A stretch of DNA of 64,000 bases from an uncultured Gammaproteobacteria bacterium. Lineage in GTDB: Bacteria; Pseudomonadota; Gammaproteobacteria; JAURND01. The position numbers and the translations under genes were made by a program. The stretch lies in NCBI GenBank assembly GCA_963714975.1, contig CAVQQD010000003.1, positions 736,001 through 800,000 of the forward strand. The letters are read 5' to 3'. Numbering within the stretch: the first letter of the stretch is position 1; each line of letters begins with the position of its first letter. Below the pieces are notes generated by a model. That model was not told the origin of the DNA. It saw only the letters and a program-made list of their open reading frames with translations, and ran no database searches. Below are positions 45,474-56,575 of this stretch, piece by piece.

Positions 45474-47274
45474 TGTGTTGTAAAGTAAGTGCTGCAATGG
45501 TGAAAGACAAATGAGTCAGCCCTTGAGGGAAATTTCCTAACATGGCTTTATTTTTAGTGTCATATTCTTCAGAAAAAAGTCCCAAATGATTACTTGTTGC
45601 AATGGCACGTTCGAAAATTTCTTGTGCTTCCTGTAGGCGATTTTGCCGGAGTAATACAGTCACCAGCCAAAAAGAACATGGGATAAAAACTCCTTCCTCA
45701 CCTTCTAAGCCATCGGTGTCTTTCGGATAACGTAATAACAATCCATCTACCTGTAGATCTTGCCAAATAGCTTCGGTAGTTCGAATCATCCTTTCATCTT
45801 TAAAGTCAACAAATTCAGTTAATGGCAACAATAAGAGAGAGGCATCCATGTAGGGCACCCCAAATGCTTGAGTAAAAACGCCGCGTTTCTGGTCGTAGCC
45901 TTTTTCCTCAATGGTGGCACGAATCATGTCTTTAGCTTTTTTCCAAGTATCGATAGGAGCATCGTTAAAGCCTAATTTTTCAGCTAATTTAATTCCACGC
46001 TCTAACGTGAGCCAACACATTGCTTTAGAAAGCACAAAATGACGTGGCTGATCACGGACTTCCCAAATTCCATGATCGGGTAGGCACCAAGATTTAGTAA
46101 CGAAATTGGCAATCTCGACTAAGAAAGACCAGTAGTCTTCATTGATGATAAAGCCCTGTTGGTGCCAGTTCCAGGTTAAGTCTAATAATTCGCCATACAA
46201 ATCGAATTGCAATTGCTTGACCGCGGCGTTACCAATTCTTACTGGTTTGGCGTCAAAGTAACCGCTTAAATCTTCTAGTATATATTCATTAATTCTGGCT
46301 TCGCCTGCAACACCAAATAAGATTTGTAGACCTTCCATACTGCTATGGCAGCTCCTAATGACAAATCGGCTGAAACCTTCAGCTTCTTTGGTGAAGCCTA
46401 GGCGGGTTAAACAGCGAACGGTGAAATAAGAATCACGTATCCAAGAATAGCGATAATCCCAGTTGCGACTGCCATGAGGCGCTTCAGGTAAAGAAGTTGT
46501 TGCCGCCGCAGCTATGGCTCCGGTGGGGGCATTAGACAGTGATTTGAGCACTAAGGCTGAGCGGGCTATTAAATCCGCATAAGGTTCTTTGATGGTTCCT
46601 TGCGCAAACCAATTGAACCACCATTGTTCTGTTTGTTGTAGGCGCCAGTCCAACTCGTCGACAGAAGGAACTTCTATGCTGGCTTCATCTAAGTATTCAG
46701 GCCTGCGGTAAATAATGGAGAGAAAAATTTTTCTTTTTTTGCTGATTTGAAATTCGGAAGAAATTTCATGAGGGTTTTTTAAGTTGAGTGGCATATTGCC
46801 GGAGATCAGCAAACCGTTGTTACTGCCCAGCGCAATGTAAGAGCTGCGTTTGTAACGACGAATCCAAGGTTTTACTGCGGCATAATCAAAGCAAGGTATT
46901 AGATCGAGTCGAAATCTTATATTTCCTGAAGTAACTTCCAAAACGCGAATTATTTGTTGGTAAGGTTTGTGCTGGCCCCCTTTGCGCATCGTAAAAAAAT
47001 CGGTCAAAAGCGCTTCGCCAGTCTTAGTCTGAAACAATGTCTCTAAGATCATGGTTCGTTCACGGTAGCGCTGCGATGACTTAAAACGTCCGATAGGGCG
47101 GATTTGGCAATGGCCCCCATTTTCCCAATCGAGCAATCTACCAAAGCAACTTGCCGAATCAATTCTGGGCATACAGCACCAGTCAATGGATCCATATTTG
47201 GAAATTAAGGCAGAAGAATGACAATCACTGATATAACCATAATCACTAATTGGCACATTAGTTTTGGTAGGCAT
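45445..47274 (-). CDS. Glycoside hydrolase family 15 (trehalase/glucoamylase type)
   Basis: GSIDWCC.PRIDS, AAATTSLPE, RNWDYRYSWIRD, GIWEVR, LFSEE, GNFPQGLTH. Confidence 0.93.
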   Translation of the reverse strand: MPTKTNVPISDYGYISDCHSSALISKYGSIDWCCMPRIDSASCFGRLLDWENGGHCQIRPIGRFKSSQRYRERTMILETLFQTKTGEALLTDFFTMRKGGQHKPYQQIIRVLEVTSGNIRFRLDLIPCFDYAAVKPWIRRYKRSSYIALGSNNGLLISGNMPLNLKNPHEISSEFQISKKRKIFLSIIYRRPEYLDEASIEVPSVDELDWRLQQTEQWWFNWFAQGTIKEPYADLIARSALVLKSLSNAPTGAIAAAATTSLPEAPHGSRNWDYRYSWIRDSYFTVRCLTRLGFTKEAEGFSRFVIRSCHSSMEGLQILFGVAGEARINEYILEDLSGYFDAKPVRIGNAAVKQLQFDLYGELLDLTWNWHQQGFIINEDYWSFLVEIANFVTKSWCLPDHGIWEVRDQPRHFVLSKAMCWLTLERGIKLAEKLGFNDAPIDTWKKAKDMIRATIEEKGYDQKRGVFTQAFGVPYMDASLLLLPLTEFVDFKDERMIRTTEAIWQDLQVDGLLLRYPKDTDGLEGEEGVFIPCSFWLVTVLLRQNRLQEAQEIFERAIATSNHLGLFSEEYDTKNKAMLGNFPQGLTHLSFTIAALTLQHTMDRGANPL

Positions 47275-47334
47275 TTTGTTCCTTCGTTCCCTGAAGTTTG
47301 CGGAAATAAATTCCCCTTATGCAAATCCCCATTC

Positions 47335-47440
47335 CATCCTGAGGATGGCCGGTCCGCTTGTCCTGAGGAGCGAAGCGTCTCGAAAGGACGGCTGCTTCCT
47401 TCGTGACGCTTCGCTCCTCAGGACGAACGGGGAAGAGGGG
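47335..47440. repeat. GTCCTGAGGAGCGAAGCGTC-type palindromic repeat
   Basis: GTCCTGAGGAGCGAAGCGTC...GACGCTTCGCTCCTCAGGAC, a 20-bp inverted pair. Confidence 0.85.
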
Positions 47441-47857
47441 TTATTCGCATTTACTATTGCAAGATTTAACGCATTGCCATAGAGCAATATGAGCGCCCGT
47501 AGGGTCAGTAAGGATAGCAAATCGTCCAAGGTCTCCTATATCGGTGCTAGGAACTTTCACGGTGGCACCTAGGGATGTTGCTTTAGTAAGCGTTTCATCG
47601 ATATTGTCTACACTAACATAGCTCATCCAGTGCGGAGGAATTTGCCCTTGTTTGTCTGCGGGAGTTTCTATAATACCGCCGCAATCACCACTAGGGGTTT
47701 TAATCATGGTATATTTTTGATTATTTTCACTACATGTTTCACTCTCTCGATACTCCCAATTAAATAAAGCTTGGTAAAAAGATTTTGCTTTTTCCACGTC
47801 AGGTGTCATTAATTCATTCCAGCAAAAATCTCCGTGCTTTGATGGGTTTTTACTCAT
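47441..47857 (-). CDS. VOC/glyoxalase family protein
   Basis: FCWNELMTPDVEKAKSFY, HWMSYVSVDN, GRFAILTDPTGA. Confidence 0.92.
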   Translation of the reverse strand: MSKNPSKHGDFCWNELMTPDVEKAKSFYQALFNWEYRESETCSENNQKYTMIKTPSGDCGGIIETPADKQGQIPPHWMSYVSVDNIDETLTKATSLGATVKVPSTDIGDLGRFAILTDPTGAHIALWQCVKSCNSKCE

Positions 47858-48013
47858 AAGTTTTTCTCCTATTGGGTTGTCTAAAAAAAATGCTTCTGAT
47901 TATGGCATAGTGTATTAACTAGTGAAACTCTTTCATAACTATCACACCGTCATCCTGGATAATCTGGACAATCCCGCGATCAAGTCGCCAAAGCGGGTCG
48001 CTGATGTGGGTAG

Positions 48014-48922
48014 TTATGAATGCACAATTTCAAATTTTGATTTTGAAGGTTTGGCATTTTTTTCGATAAATTCAATAATTGCTCCCGCGACATCGAGGCC
48101 AGTAGTTTTTTCAATACCTTCAAGTCCAGGGGATGAGTTGACTTCAATAATTAGAGGTCCGCGTTCAGAACGCAGCATGTCTACCCCAGCGACATTTAAG
48201 CCAACAAAATTTGCAGCTAAAATGGCAGTTTTTTCTTCTTGTGAGGTTAGTTCAATATTATTGCTACTGCCACCGCGGTGAATATTAGACCTAAAATCTC
48301 CAGGTTTTGCTCGACGTTCCATAGCAGCCACTACTTTGCCTCCAATCACTAAGCAGCGTAAATCGGCTCCTTTAGATTCTTTAATATATTCCTGGACCAT
48401 GATATTGACTTTCAGGCCCAAAAAAGCTTCGATTACGCTTTCAGCGGCTTTACCCGTCTCTGCTAAAACCACCCCAATACCTTGGGTCCCTTCTAATAAT
48501 TTAATTACCAAGGGTGGCCCCCCCACCATTTTTATTAAGTCATTGATATCTCCAGGAGAATGGGAGAAACCCGTGATCGGTAAGCCTAACCCTTTACTAG
48601 ATAAGAGTTGCAGGCAGCGTAATTTGTCGCGTGAACGAATTATTGGCATAGATCGATTCACACAATAAACTCCCATCATTTCAAATTGACGTACTAAAGC
48701 AGTGCCATAGAAAGTAATTGAAGCACCAATACGAGGGATCACTGCATCAAATCGCGGCAAAGCTTCACCTCGATAGTGAATGGTAGGATGATGAGAGGCA
48801 ATATTCATATAGCAACGCAGCGGATTTACTAAGTGAACCTCATGATTTCGTTGACTGGCAGCAGTTACTAGGCGGCGTGTCGAGTGAAGCTTTGGATTGC
48901 GGGTTAATATCGCTATTTTCAT
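48014..48922 (-). CDS. rimK: Ribosomal protein S6 glutamate ligase RimK
   Basis: [41 protein letters not shown]. Confidence 0.96.
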   Translation of the reverse strand: MKIAILTRNPKLHSTRRLVTAASQRNHEVHLVNPLRCYMNIASHHPTIHYRGEALPRFDAVIPRIGASITFYGTALVRQFEMMGVYCVNRSMPIIRSRDKLRCLQLLSSKGLGLPITGFSHSPGDINDLIKMVGGPPLVIKLLEGTQGIGVVLAETGKAAESVIEAFLGLKVNIMVQEYIKESKGADLRCLVIGGKVVAAMERRAKPGDFRSNIHRGGSSNNIELTSQEEKTAILAANFVGLNVAGVDMLRSERGPLIIEVNSSPGLEGIEKTTGLDVAGAIIEFIEKNAKPSKSKFEIVHS

Positions 48923-48945
48923 AATGAATCTCAGCCAAATTTAAG

Positions 48946-49416
48946 TTAAGTCGACGCAGGAGTTGTTACTAAATAAGATAAGGCGGGATTGACGATCACA
49001 CGCTTCCTCATCGCCGTGCGGCCTAGCAACATGCGAAAATGCATGGTGTCGCGATTAGTTAAAGTCACTTCAATTGGCCAGGAATCTGCACCTATCTGTA
49101 TTAGTGTTTTAATCACATAGCGCCGCTCACGATGTCCCCCGGAGTCGGTTACCCAGCGGATATCTTCAACTTGGGTGACACATTCTACGACTACATCGCT
49201 ACGGCGTTGCAAAGGGTGGATTTTAAAACGAATATAGTGCCTTCCATGTTTTTTAAACGATTTTATTCCAAAGGCGTGAAGCGCTGAAGTTCGAGCGCCG
49301 CTATCTACCTTGACCTTGATGTGATTGATGCCTAAGTTGGGTAATGCCACCCATTCCCGCCATCCTACAGTCATTTGTGATTTTTGAACATTACGTAGTA
49401 GCTTCTTTTCCTTCAT
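48946..49416 (-). CDS. RimK-associated retropepsin-like protease (RimB-like)
   Basis: VGWREW, KVDSGARTSALHA, TLTNRDTMHFRMLLGR. Confidence 0.9.
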   Translation of the reverse strand: MKEKKLLRNVQKSQMTVGWREWVALPNLGINHIKVKVDSGARTSALHAFGIKSFKKHGRHYIRFKIHPLQRRSDVVVECVTQVEDIRWVTDSGGHRERRYVIKTLIQIGADSWPIEVTLTNRDTMHFRMLLGRTAMRKRVIVNPALSYLVTTPAST

Positions 49417-49478
49417 TTCTAATCGGTCCTTTTCGATAGGTCGGCGAAGTGTAGCATAGGCAAGGGCAGAAATTCATC

Positions 49479-49507
49479 TTGACCGTAACTTCCCAGCCAA
49501 GTACTAT
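49479..49507 (+). promoter_or_regulatory. sigma70 promoter of tRNA-Asn
   Basis: TTGACC-17 bp-TACTAT followed by a GC-rich discriminator. Confidence 0.75.
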
Positions 49508-49520
49508 TTCGGCTGGCCAT

Positions 49521-49596
<76 letters not shown>

Positions 49597-50048
49597 ATGG
49601 AAATCCATTTCAAATCAAGCAGTTATATCGAACTATCCCCTTTCGTTTTGTCTAACACAAAAACCGCTTGCGCGACTTTGCTTTCTGGCTCAAATACCAC
49701 CATTCAAAAATTGCTGAAGTGCAGTAATTTGAGTATGTAATTGCCCAGTACTCACCTTAGAATCTTCAAGTAAAGTGCTTTGAATTACGTGGCGTCGTGC
49801 CATAGTTAAAGCAGGCGCACCATTTTTGGTGCAGACTTTATTTGCCGCTGCAATTAAATTATTAATTTAATAATTCCAATCCACAAGAAGTCAAGTCTAC
49901 GCTTTAAAAATTTTTAAAAAAATTAGAATAAGTGATTTATTTTTCTTATTAATTGGGTTATCATTTCTTTAAATTAAATTGAACCTTTTAGAGATGCAAG
50001 CATACTCAAAGTAACTCAAGCCAGTAATATCAAAATAGGGGGAAACTT

Positions 50049-50807
50049 ATGGAAGATAAAAAAAGCAATTTGAAGCAGCGAAGCACGGCTAGTCTATTGC
50101 AGGAGGTATCGTCAAATATAGAGTACCAAAATAATGAAATTATCAGAGAATTATTCGAGAGAAAATTTGAAACTACAGAACAAGCCAAACAAATAATCAA
50201 CGTAGCTGAGAAACTTGCCATGAGGGGTAATATGGAGGCCCAATTCCAATTGGGATGCTGCTATGGAGCCGGAAAATGGGTTAAGTATGACTCCGAAAAA
50301 ATGATGAAATTCTATAAATTAGCTGCTGATCAAGGTTTAGTAGAAGCGCAATTCAGCTGGGCCTACAACCAATGCCACTTCTGCTTACTCCCCGAGATAG
50401 AAAACCAAAAAGAAGGGTTGAGGATGTATCTGCTTGCTGCTCTACAAGGTCATGTAAAAGCAAAGGAGAATCTATTTTATTTGTGGAAGTTCCCTAAAAA
50501 TACTGATACAGCCTATGAGTTAGGAGTACAATTTGTTCTGGAAAAAATACATTCCACGAGTGAACAACACAAGCAATTACTAGAAAATCAATTGCGGCTT
50601 TTAAAAGAAAATTTTGATCCCCATCTTGGAAATAAAAAAATCGCAACCTTCGAAGAAGAAACAAACGCAAGTTTGTTCCAACAAAAGAATACTTTTTTTA
50701 ATAGTCAACAAGCTACAGAAGAAAAGAAGCCCATTAATCAGTCTATGGGAGGGAAAGTTAAAGAAAAAGAACTGATTGTCCCAAAGTGTTTTGGTCCGCC
50801 ACCTTAG
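50049..50807 (+). CDS. SEL1-like repeat protein, effector candidate
   Basis: AMRGNMEAQFQLGCCYGAG, AADQGLVEAQF, AALQGHVKAKENL; low-complexity tail. Confidence 0.85.
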   Translation: MEDKKSNLKQRSTASLLQEVSSNIEYQNNEIIRELFERKFETTEQAKQIINVAEKLAMRGNMEAQFQLGCCYGAGKWVKYDSEKMMKFYKLAADQGLVEAQFSWAYNQCHFCLLPEIENQKEGLRMYLLAALQGHVKAKENLFYLWKFPKNTDTAYELGVQFVLEKIHSTSEQHKQLLENQLRLLKENFDPHLGNKKIATFEEETNASLFQQKNTFFNSQQATEEKKPINQSMGGKVKEKELIVPKCFGPPP

Positions 50808-51055
50808 CTGAAAGTTAAGAAAATACGATACTTCAAGATGCTAAAAAGACAGTATCTTGAAGTGCAATGGGTATATACTGAGCTGCGCCACGAAAAAATC
50901 ACACCCCATTTAAATGGATTTAAACGACTGAAAGCTGTTAATGTGCTCATATAAACTCTCAGCCAATGCGCATTGATTTTTTTCATATTCTTCGTAGCGC
51001 TGATTAATCTCTGCATGTTGATCTAATAGTAATTCTGCCGCGCCGTTAATAACTG

Positions 51056-51255
51056 GAACAAGCGCAAGCATTATTAAATGATGCTTGCCCACTCAATGCT
51101 CCTGCCCGTGCTGACCTGCGGCGTGATTTTTTACAACAATTAGCAGAATATAAAAAAGCTGACCCTGATAAGCCGCCCACCTCAGCAAGCGTTACAAAAG
51201 CGCGCTATTCAAGTGAGTTCATCAGTAACAACAACTACTACGAGTCGATTAATTT
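51056..51255 (+). pseudogene. Orphan C-terminal module, inverted paralogue of the WD40 gene tail (51495-51645)
   Basis: EQAQALLNDACPLNAPARADLRRDFLQQLAEYKKADPDKPPTSA vs KQAQELLNTACPPNAPARADLRRDFLKQLAEYKKADPAKPPTSA. Confidence 0.85.
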
Positions 51256-51400
51256 CCCCACAAGCTAAGTGATAATAGTGATCTCGATCTGACGCGCAGC
51301 ACGCGGACATTATAAATCATTGATTCAGATACAAAAATTCACGAGAATTCGTCACGAATTCCACGTGACGGTCTCGATTTTAAGGCAATCCCTTGGGATA

Positions 51401-54400
51401 TTAGGTTGACGAAGACGAATAGGTTGTGGAGCTCGAGGAGGCGACCTGTGACAAGCTACTCTGTCCTTGAATATCACGCAAGAGTTGCATCATATTTTGC
51501 AACGCTTGCTGCTGTGCTGATGTGGGTGGTTTAGCAGGGTCCGCTTTTTTATATTCTGCTAATTGTTTCAAAAAATCACGCCGCAGGTCAGCGCGGGCAG
51601 GAGCATTGGGTGGGCAAGCGGTATTGAGTAGTTCTTGGGCTTGTTTCAATAATGCACCGGTGGTGAGTAAGGGAGTCTTCATGCTCGGAGGAGATTTTTG
51701 CTCTGATTGCGGGGCAGAAAAAAATTGTGGATAGGCAGTAATAGGTGGTTGGGATTTTTGGCTGGAGCTTGGTGCAGAAGCAAGCCAAGGCCTAGGTGTT
51801 GTGAACGAAAATAATCCTCGCTTAGCAGTGGATCCCACAGATTTATTGTCTTTAGGCTGAGACGATGGAAGAGAGGGTTGTTTTAATTGAGTAGTTGATG
51901 ATTGAGGTAAATTCAATGGAGCTGTACGAGAGGGTAGAGTAGCACGACGTGCTTTTGCGGAGGAAGATACCTTGGATTCTGTTTGAGGCGATACTGTTTC
52001 ACTCACTTGAACTGATAATGATAAATCCTCCGAATTGACCTTAGTTTGTGCAATGTTTTGCGTTTCTTGAACCAGGGTAGTGCTGGGTTGTGCTCTTTTT
52101 TCTTCAGGAGGTTCCACCAAAACCTCTTTCACATTCGCCCCATAGAGCTCCAATAAGCGTTTACTCTGGCTGTCCATACGGCAGCCCTGTAACTCTACCC
52201 CTTGAACCAGCAAGGGCATGGCCGAATGGGATGGCATTCCCACAAAACGCACTGAAGTATCTTTTCGAGAGACGGCCCAAAGACTGATAGTGCCTGCCCC
52301 ATCACCGAAGGCTAAGCCGTCTTCATCAAGACGCAAGGAATTGAGAATATCTTCGTCGTTCTGAGCCAAAAAATGAGCGGTAGTCACGGCGACCGTGAAA
52401 ATAGCTTGATGCCAAGAGATCACCCCTAAACTGCGACCACTCTTGATCTCCCACAGACGCACGGTTTTATCATCGCTACCGGAGGCCAGCCAGTGGCCCT
52501 TGAGGTTGAAGGCGACACTTTTCACCGCCATCGAATGCCCTCTGAGCTCACTCATCGGCTTTTGAGTGGTGGTATCCCACAGGCGCACGGTTTTATCAGA
52601 GCTTCCCGAGGCTAGCCAGCGGCCATCTGGGCTGAAAGCGACACTATGCACTACATTCGAATGCCCAGTGAGCAAACCTGCGGGCTTTTGGGTGGTCACG
52701 TCCCACAACCGCACGGTGTTATTCCAACTGCCACCGGACGCTAACCAGCTGCCATTGGGGCTGAAGGCGACACTGTTCACCGAATATGAATGTCCGGTGA
52801 GCTTGTCCAGGAATTTTTGTGTGGTGACTTCCCACAGGCGCACGGTATTGTCCTCGCTGCCGGAGGCGAGCCAACGTCCGTCTGGACTAAAGGCGACACT
52901 TTCCACTTTTCCTGAATGCCCGGTGAGCGGTTGGCCTACTAGCTTTTGCTCAGTCACGTCCCACAGACGTACGGTATGATCAAGACTGCCGGAGGCGAGC
53001 CAACGGCCATCAAAGCTGAAGGCAACACTCAGCACGAAACTCGAATGCCCTTTGAGTTGGCCTATTGGCTTTTGCTCAGTCACGTCCCACAGGCGCACGG
53101 TGTTATCCCAACTGCCGGAGGCGAGCCAACGTCCGTCTGGACTGAAGGCGACACTACTCACGTCTTTTGAGTGCCCGGTGAGTGGCTGGCCGATGGGTTG
53201 GCCGGTGCTATTGTCTTGGAACATAATCGTGTTTCCTTGCGAGACCGCCAACCAGGGTTTGCTGGAGTGCCAGGCAATAGCCGAAGCTGCTTCAGCCAAC
53301 GGCAACCAGGGTCGCTCCCCCCAGTCGGCTTCCCGTAGATCAGCGCCCTTAAGATTAGCGTGATAGAGGATGGTGTGGCGCAGGGTAGCGCCGCGCAGGT
53401 TGGCCTCTCGCAAATCAGTATGCGCCAGAAACCCGTAGCTAAAATCTGCACCCGGGAGTTGCGCGCCACGCCAATCGCGCCCGCTAAAGTTGATCTGGCA
53501 GGCATTGAGTACCGTCGCGGCATTAGCAGAGGCAGTCGCTAAGCTGGTCTCTTTCTTGCTGCGATCAATCAGGGCGAACAGGGCTTGTAGTCATAAAATA
53601 ATCCCCGAGGGAAGCATGAAAAAAATGCCAGCTGTGATCACTACTTTCTTGCAAGGGGCAGCCCTGGCGCAAGCGAGCACCATCGGGGAGTTGATCGCTC
53701 AGTAACTGTTGTGCTGGATCCTCTTCCAGGCTAGGAGTGGAGGAGTCGTAGCGCAAGCTCACCTGATTAGCTACCAACAGGCATTGGGCAAATTGGAAAC
53801 AAAACACTCGATAGGCCGCTTTGAGCCAATATACCTGTACGTCATCGCCGCCTTTCGCTGCTTGTTCCTTAAGAGCCTGCATCGCTGGTTTGCCGAGAAT
53901 AGTCGCGGGGTCTTGCAGGAAACTGCGTTGCTGCCAGGCTTTTCGAGCCTGACGAGTAAACCACTGCTCCGGTTTGTTCTGACGTGAATGGCGAGAGGAG
54001 GCGCATCCGGTAACGCGACCAATCTGGCGCTCCCTGGTCGGTATGCGGGACAAAACTTTCGGCCTCGTTGAGCGCCTGCATCCGCTGGCTGCGACAGCCG
54101 ATGATCAGCTTCACCCTGTCCTTGGTCTCACGCAAATGATTGGCATCATATAAATTGATAGCGGCTTGTCCTGGGATTTCATCATAACCGTCGGCAATCC
54201 ATAGGGTATGATACTCGCTTTGTAGCTCCCGAATTTCATTGCGGGTGAAGCCGCCAATCTCGGGAAGACTACGATAATAATCCCACAACTGCTGGGGATT
54301 AACTTGAGCGGAAGATAAGGGAATAAACAGCGGCATTAACGCTTGAGGTGGCGGATCCCCGGGACGATAAGCCTGCCAGGCGGGGTCTTGCCACAGAATT

Positions 54401-56359
54401 TGGAGCAGATGGCGATTAAAGGTGCTTTTGCCCGCACCGCCCACGCCTTGCAGCACCAATACCTGGGCAGGACCTTGTAAGAATTCTTTTTCTACCCAAG
54501 GATATAGGGGATCGCAGGGTTGTCCCATCCCGGCTTGCGACTGACCGTTAGGGGCGATATAGCAAGAGAGTTCTTGGTTGAGCTGGGGGTCGGTTAATAC
54601 CATGTGGCGGCTACCCCGGTTGGCCGCCATAGGTACTACGCAGCACTAGGCCGGAAGTGCCTTCCCCCACGATGTTTTTCGTGGCTTCGGCGGTGATTTT
54701 TTCCTGACAAAATCGCTGACTCTCTTCAGCGCTAATTGCCAAATCTGTAGCTGGCCTGCTAGGAGTGGGGGTGGTCTGTTGCGTCTCGCTACCCAGGGTG
54801 CCGCGGTAGCGGCCTTCCCAGGTACTTAGGTCAAATTGGGGATCACTGGTGTAACGGTTATACCGCGCCGGGAGTAAATGCCCCTTCGCATCGTGCGGCA
54901 TGAAGTATGTGCTCTCTTCCAGCTTCGTCGCGGCGCTGAGAGTACTGTGTAATAGCAACCGCGTGCGTTCGGCGGCTCGGTACAATGCATTAGCTTCATA
55001 CAGATTACGTGGTTCCTGCAGGGAATCAGGGCTCTGGACCAGCCAAAATAACGCATAGTGACTCTGTAATTCATGCCATTCGGCTTCGGTAAAATCGGCG
55101 GTTCCCGTCGGGGGCTGATGGCGATGGATAAATAAGGGCGAAGTCCCCTTTTGGGGGGCCACTTGCAGGGGCAGCCAAGTGCTAGGGGGTGGATCCCCCG
55201 GACGGAATGCTTGCCATTCGGGGGCTTGCCATAAACCTCGTGCGGTTTCTGTCAATGGCGCACTCGGATCTTCTTCATCCTTACCGAGCCACAACAACAC
55301 TTCAATTCGAGAATGGAACAGGGTTTGTTGAATGGCCTTTTGCAATCCAGGTACCGCTTTGGATTCGGATTGTGCTTGAAAATGATCGCGCAATTGACAC
55401 AGTTTCACCCCCACTCCATAGCGCGGATCAGACGGATTGAGCCACCCCACGCTTTGATCGTCAGTCAATAACAAGACACCCCCTAAAGAACTCGTTCTCA
55501 GCGTGGTATTCACCAGAGAAGCGGTAATTGTCAGGGATTCACTCATTTCTGGCTTGGGCGAGGGCGTGGATACAGACACTTCATATTTTTTCTCTTTTTC
55601 TTCGGAGAAGGGCACCCCCTCCGGCCCCTTCGACCCGGCCCGTTGCCAGCAGGCATCTAGCCCTTTGGCCAGAGTTTTTAACGAAGGACGAGCCGAGGCC
55701 ACCGGATCCGTGGCCGCTTTCAGGAATGCGATTAAGTCCGGCGGACAGGTAGGTGGCAGCCCTGCTCCTTTCTGCCACTCTTTGGCCACAGTGGAGGAGC
55801 CACTCGCGATGTGCCAAATCAACTGCCCGAGCTTCTCCACATCTTCGGCTTCCGTCATGGGCGTCTCTTGTACCAAGGGCAGCAGTTGGGCTCGACCTTG
55901 AGCATCGAGGTATAAGTGCTGGCAATCCCAACCGAGGTGGGTCGCGCCCAGGGTACGGCGTTGGTATACACCCACCGCCACATCCCGCAATAGGCGACAG
56001 CGATTGACCCAAGACTTATTGGCGGGTGATTTCAGAAACTGATCAAAGCGCATTTCAGGTAAAGCCGCTAGGACTAAGGAACTGCTTTTGGTCCCCTGAC
56101 AAATCCCTTTAACCGGTAACCAAAAGGGTAAGGCGCTTTGGGCAAAAGCTTGCAGGGACTTTTGCTGTAGTGGGGAAGCAGGCAACAGCTGCACCGTCAC
56201 CGCTTCTCCTTGATAAGTCCCCCGGAACAAGGTAGTGGATTTTCCTTCGAGGGGCTTACCCTGTTGCAGCGCTTCGGCAGAAAGCATGGGCCAGGAAGCG
56301 GAAGTTTTGCTTCCCTGATTCGAACTTGTGGGGGATGATGTGAGAGATGGTTCCTGCAT
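51401..56359 (-). CDS. NLR-like STAND protein: pseudokinase + degenerate NACHT + NACHT + pentapeptide + WD40 + S/T/P-rich tail (several frameshifts)
   Basis: Walker A GVGGAGKST, Walker B LWIADGYDE, IIGCR, FFHASLGDYF, ANAATVL, pentapeptide repeats, six conserved WD40 repeats; N-terminus aligns with a kinase fold lacking the catalytic motifs. Confidence 0.8.
52440..53200 (-). repeat. Tandem WD40 repeats (~126-129 bp) with high internal conservation
   Basis: GHSxxVxSVAFSPDGRWLASGSxDxTVRLW six times, similar at DNA level. Confidence 0.92.
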
Positions 56360-56534
56360 GGGCGATTCCTACGAAATAAAATGATTATTTTTTATAGCAG
56401 TGTATTTTCATTATTTCATGGCCAGTAGTAGACCACGAATTTAATTTCTGAAACACCCTTTCGGTGCATAGATTGAAAAATATTTCTTCGCATAAGATTA
56501 AAAATAGTTGGGAATATCAAAATTCAAAAACAAT

Positions 56535-56573
56535 TACGAAAACTGTTGACGAAATACGAAAATAGCTTAAGCT
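56535..56573 (+). promoter_or_regulatory. sigma70-like promoter with TACGAAAA direct repeats flanking the -35
   Basis: TTGACG (56546)-16 bp-TAAGCT (56568); TACGAAAA at 56535 and 56555. Confidence 0.6.
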
Positions 56574-56575
56574 AA

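Noticed and set aside
47218-47529. Overlapping short ORFs on both strands
   Set aside because: They are translations of the palindromic repeat (VLRSEASR appears on both strands).
50804-51092. Two short minus-strand ORFs as real genes
   Set aside because: Fragmentary, overlapped by the inverted tail copy and without a recognisable domain; probably gene debris.
52440-53200. CRISPR array
   Set aside because: The repeats are in-frame WD40 coding units without unique spacers; no cas genes in the window.
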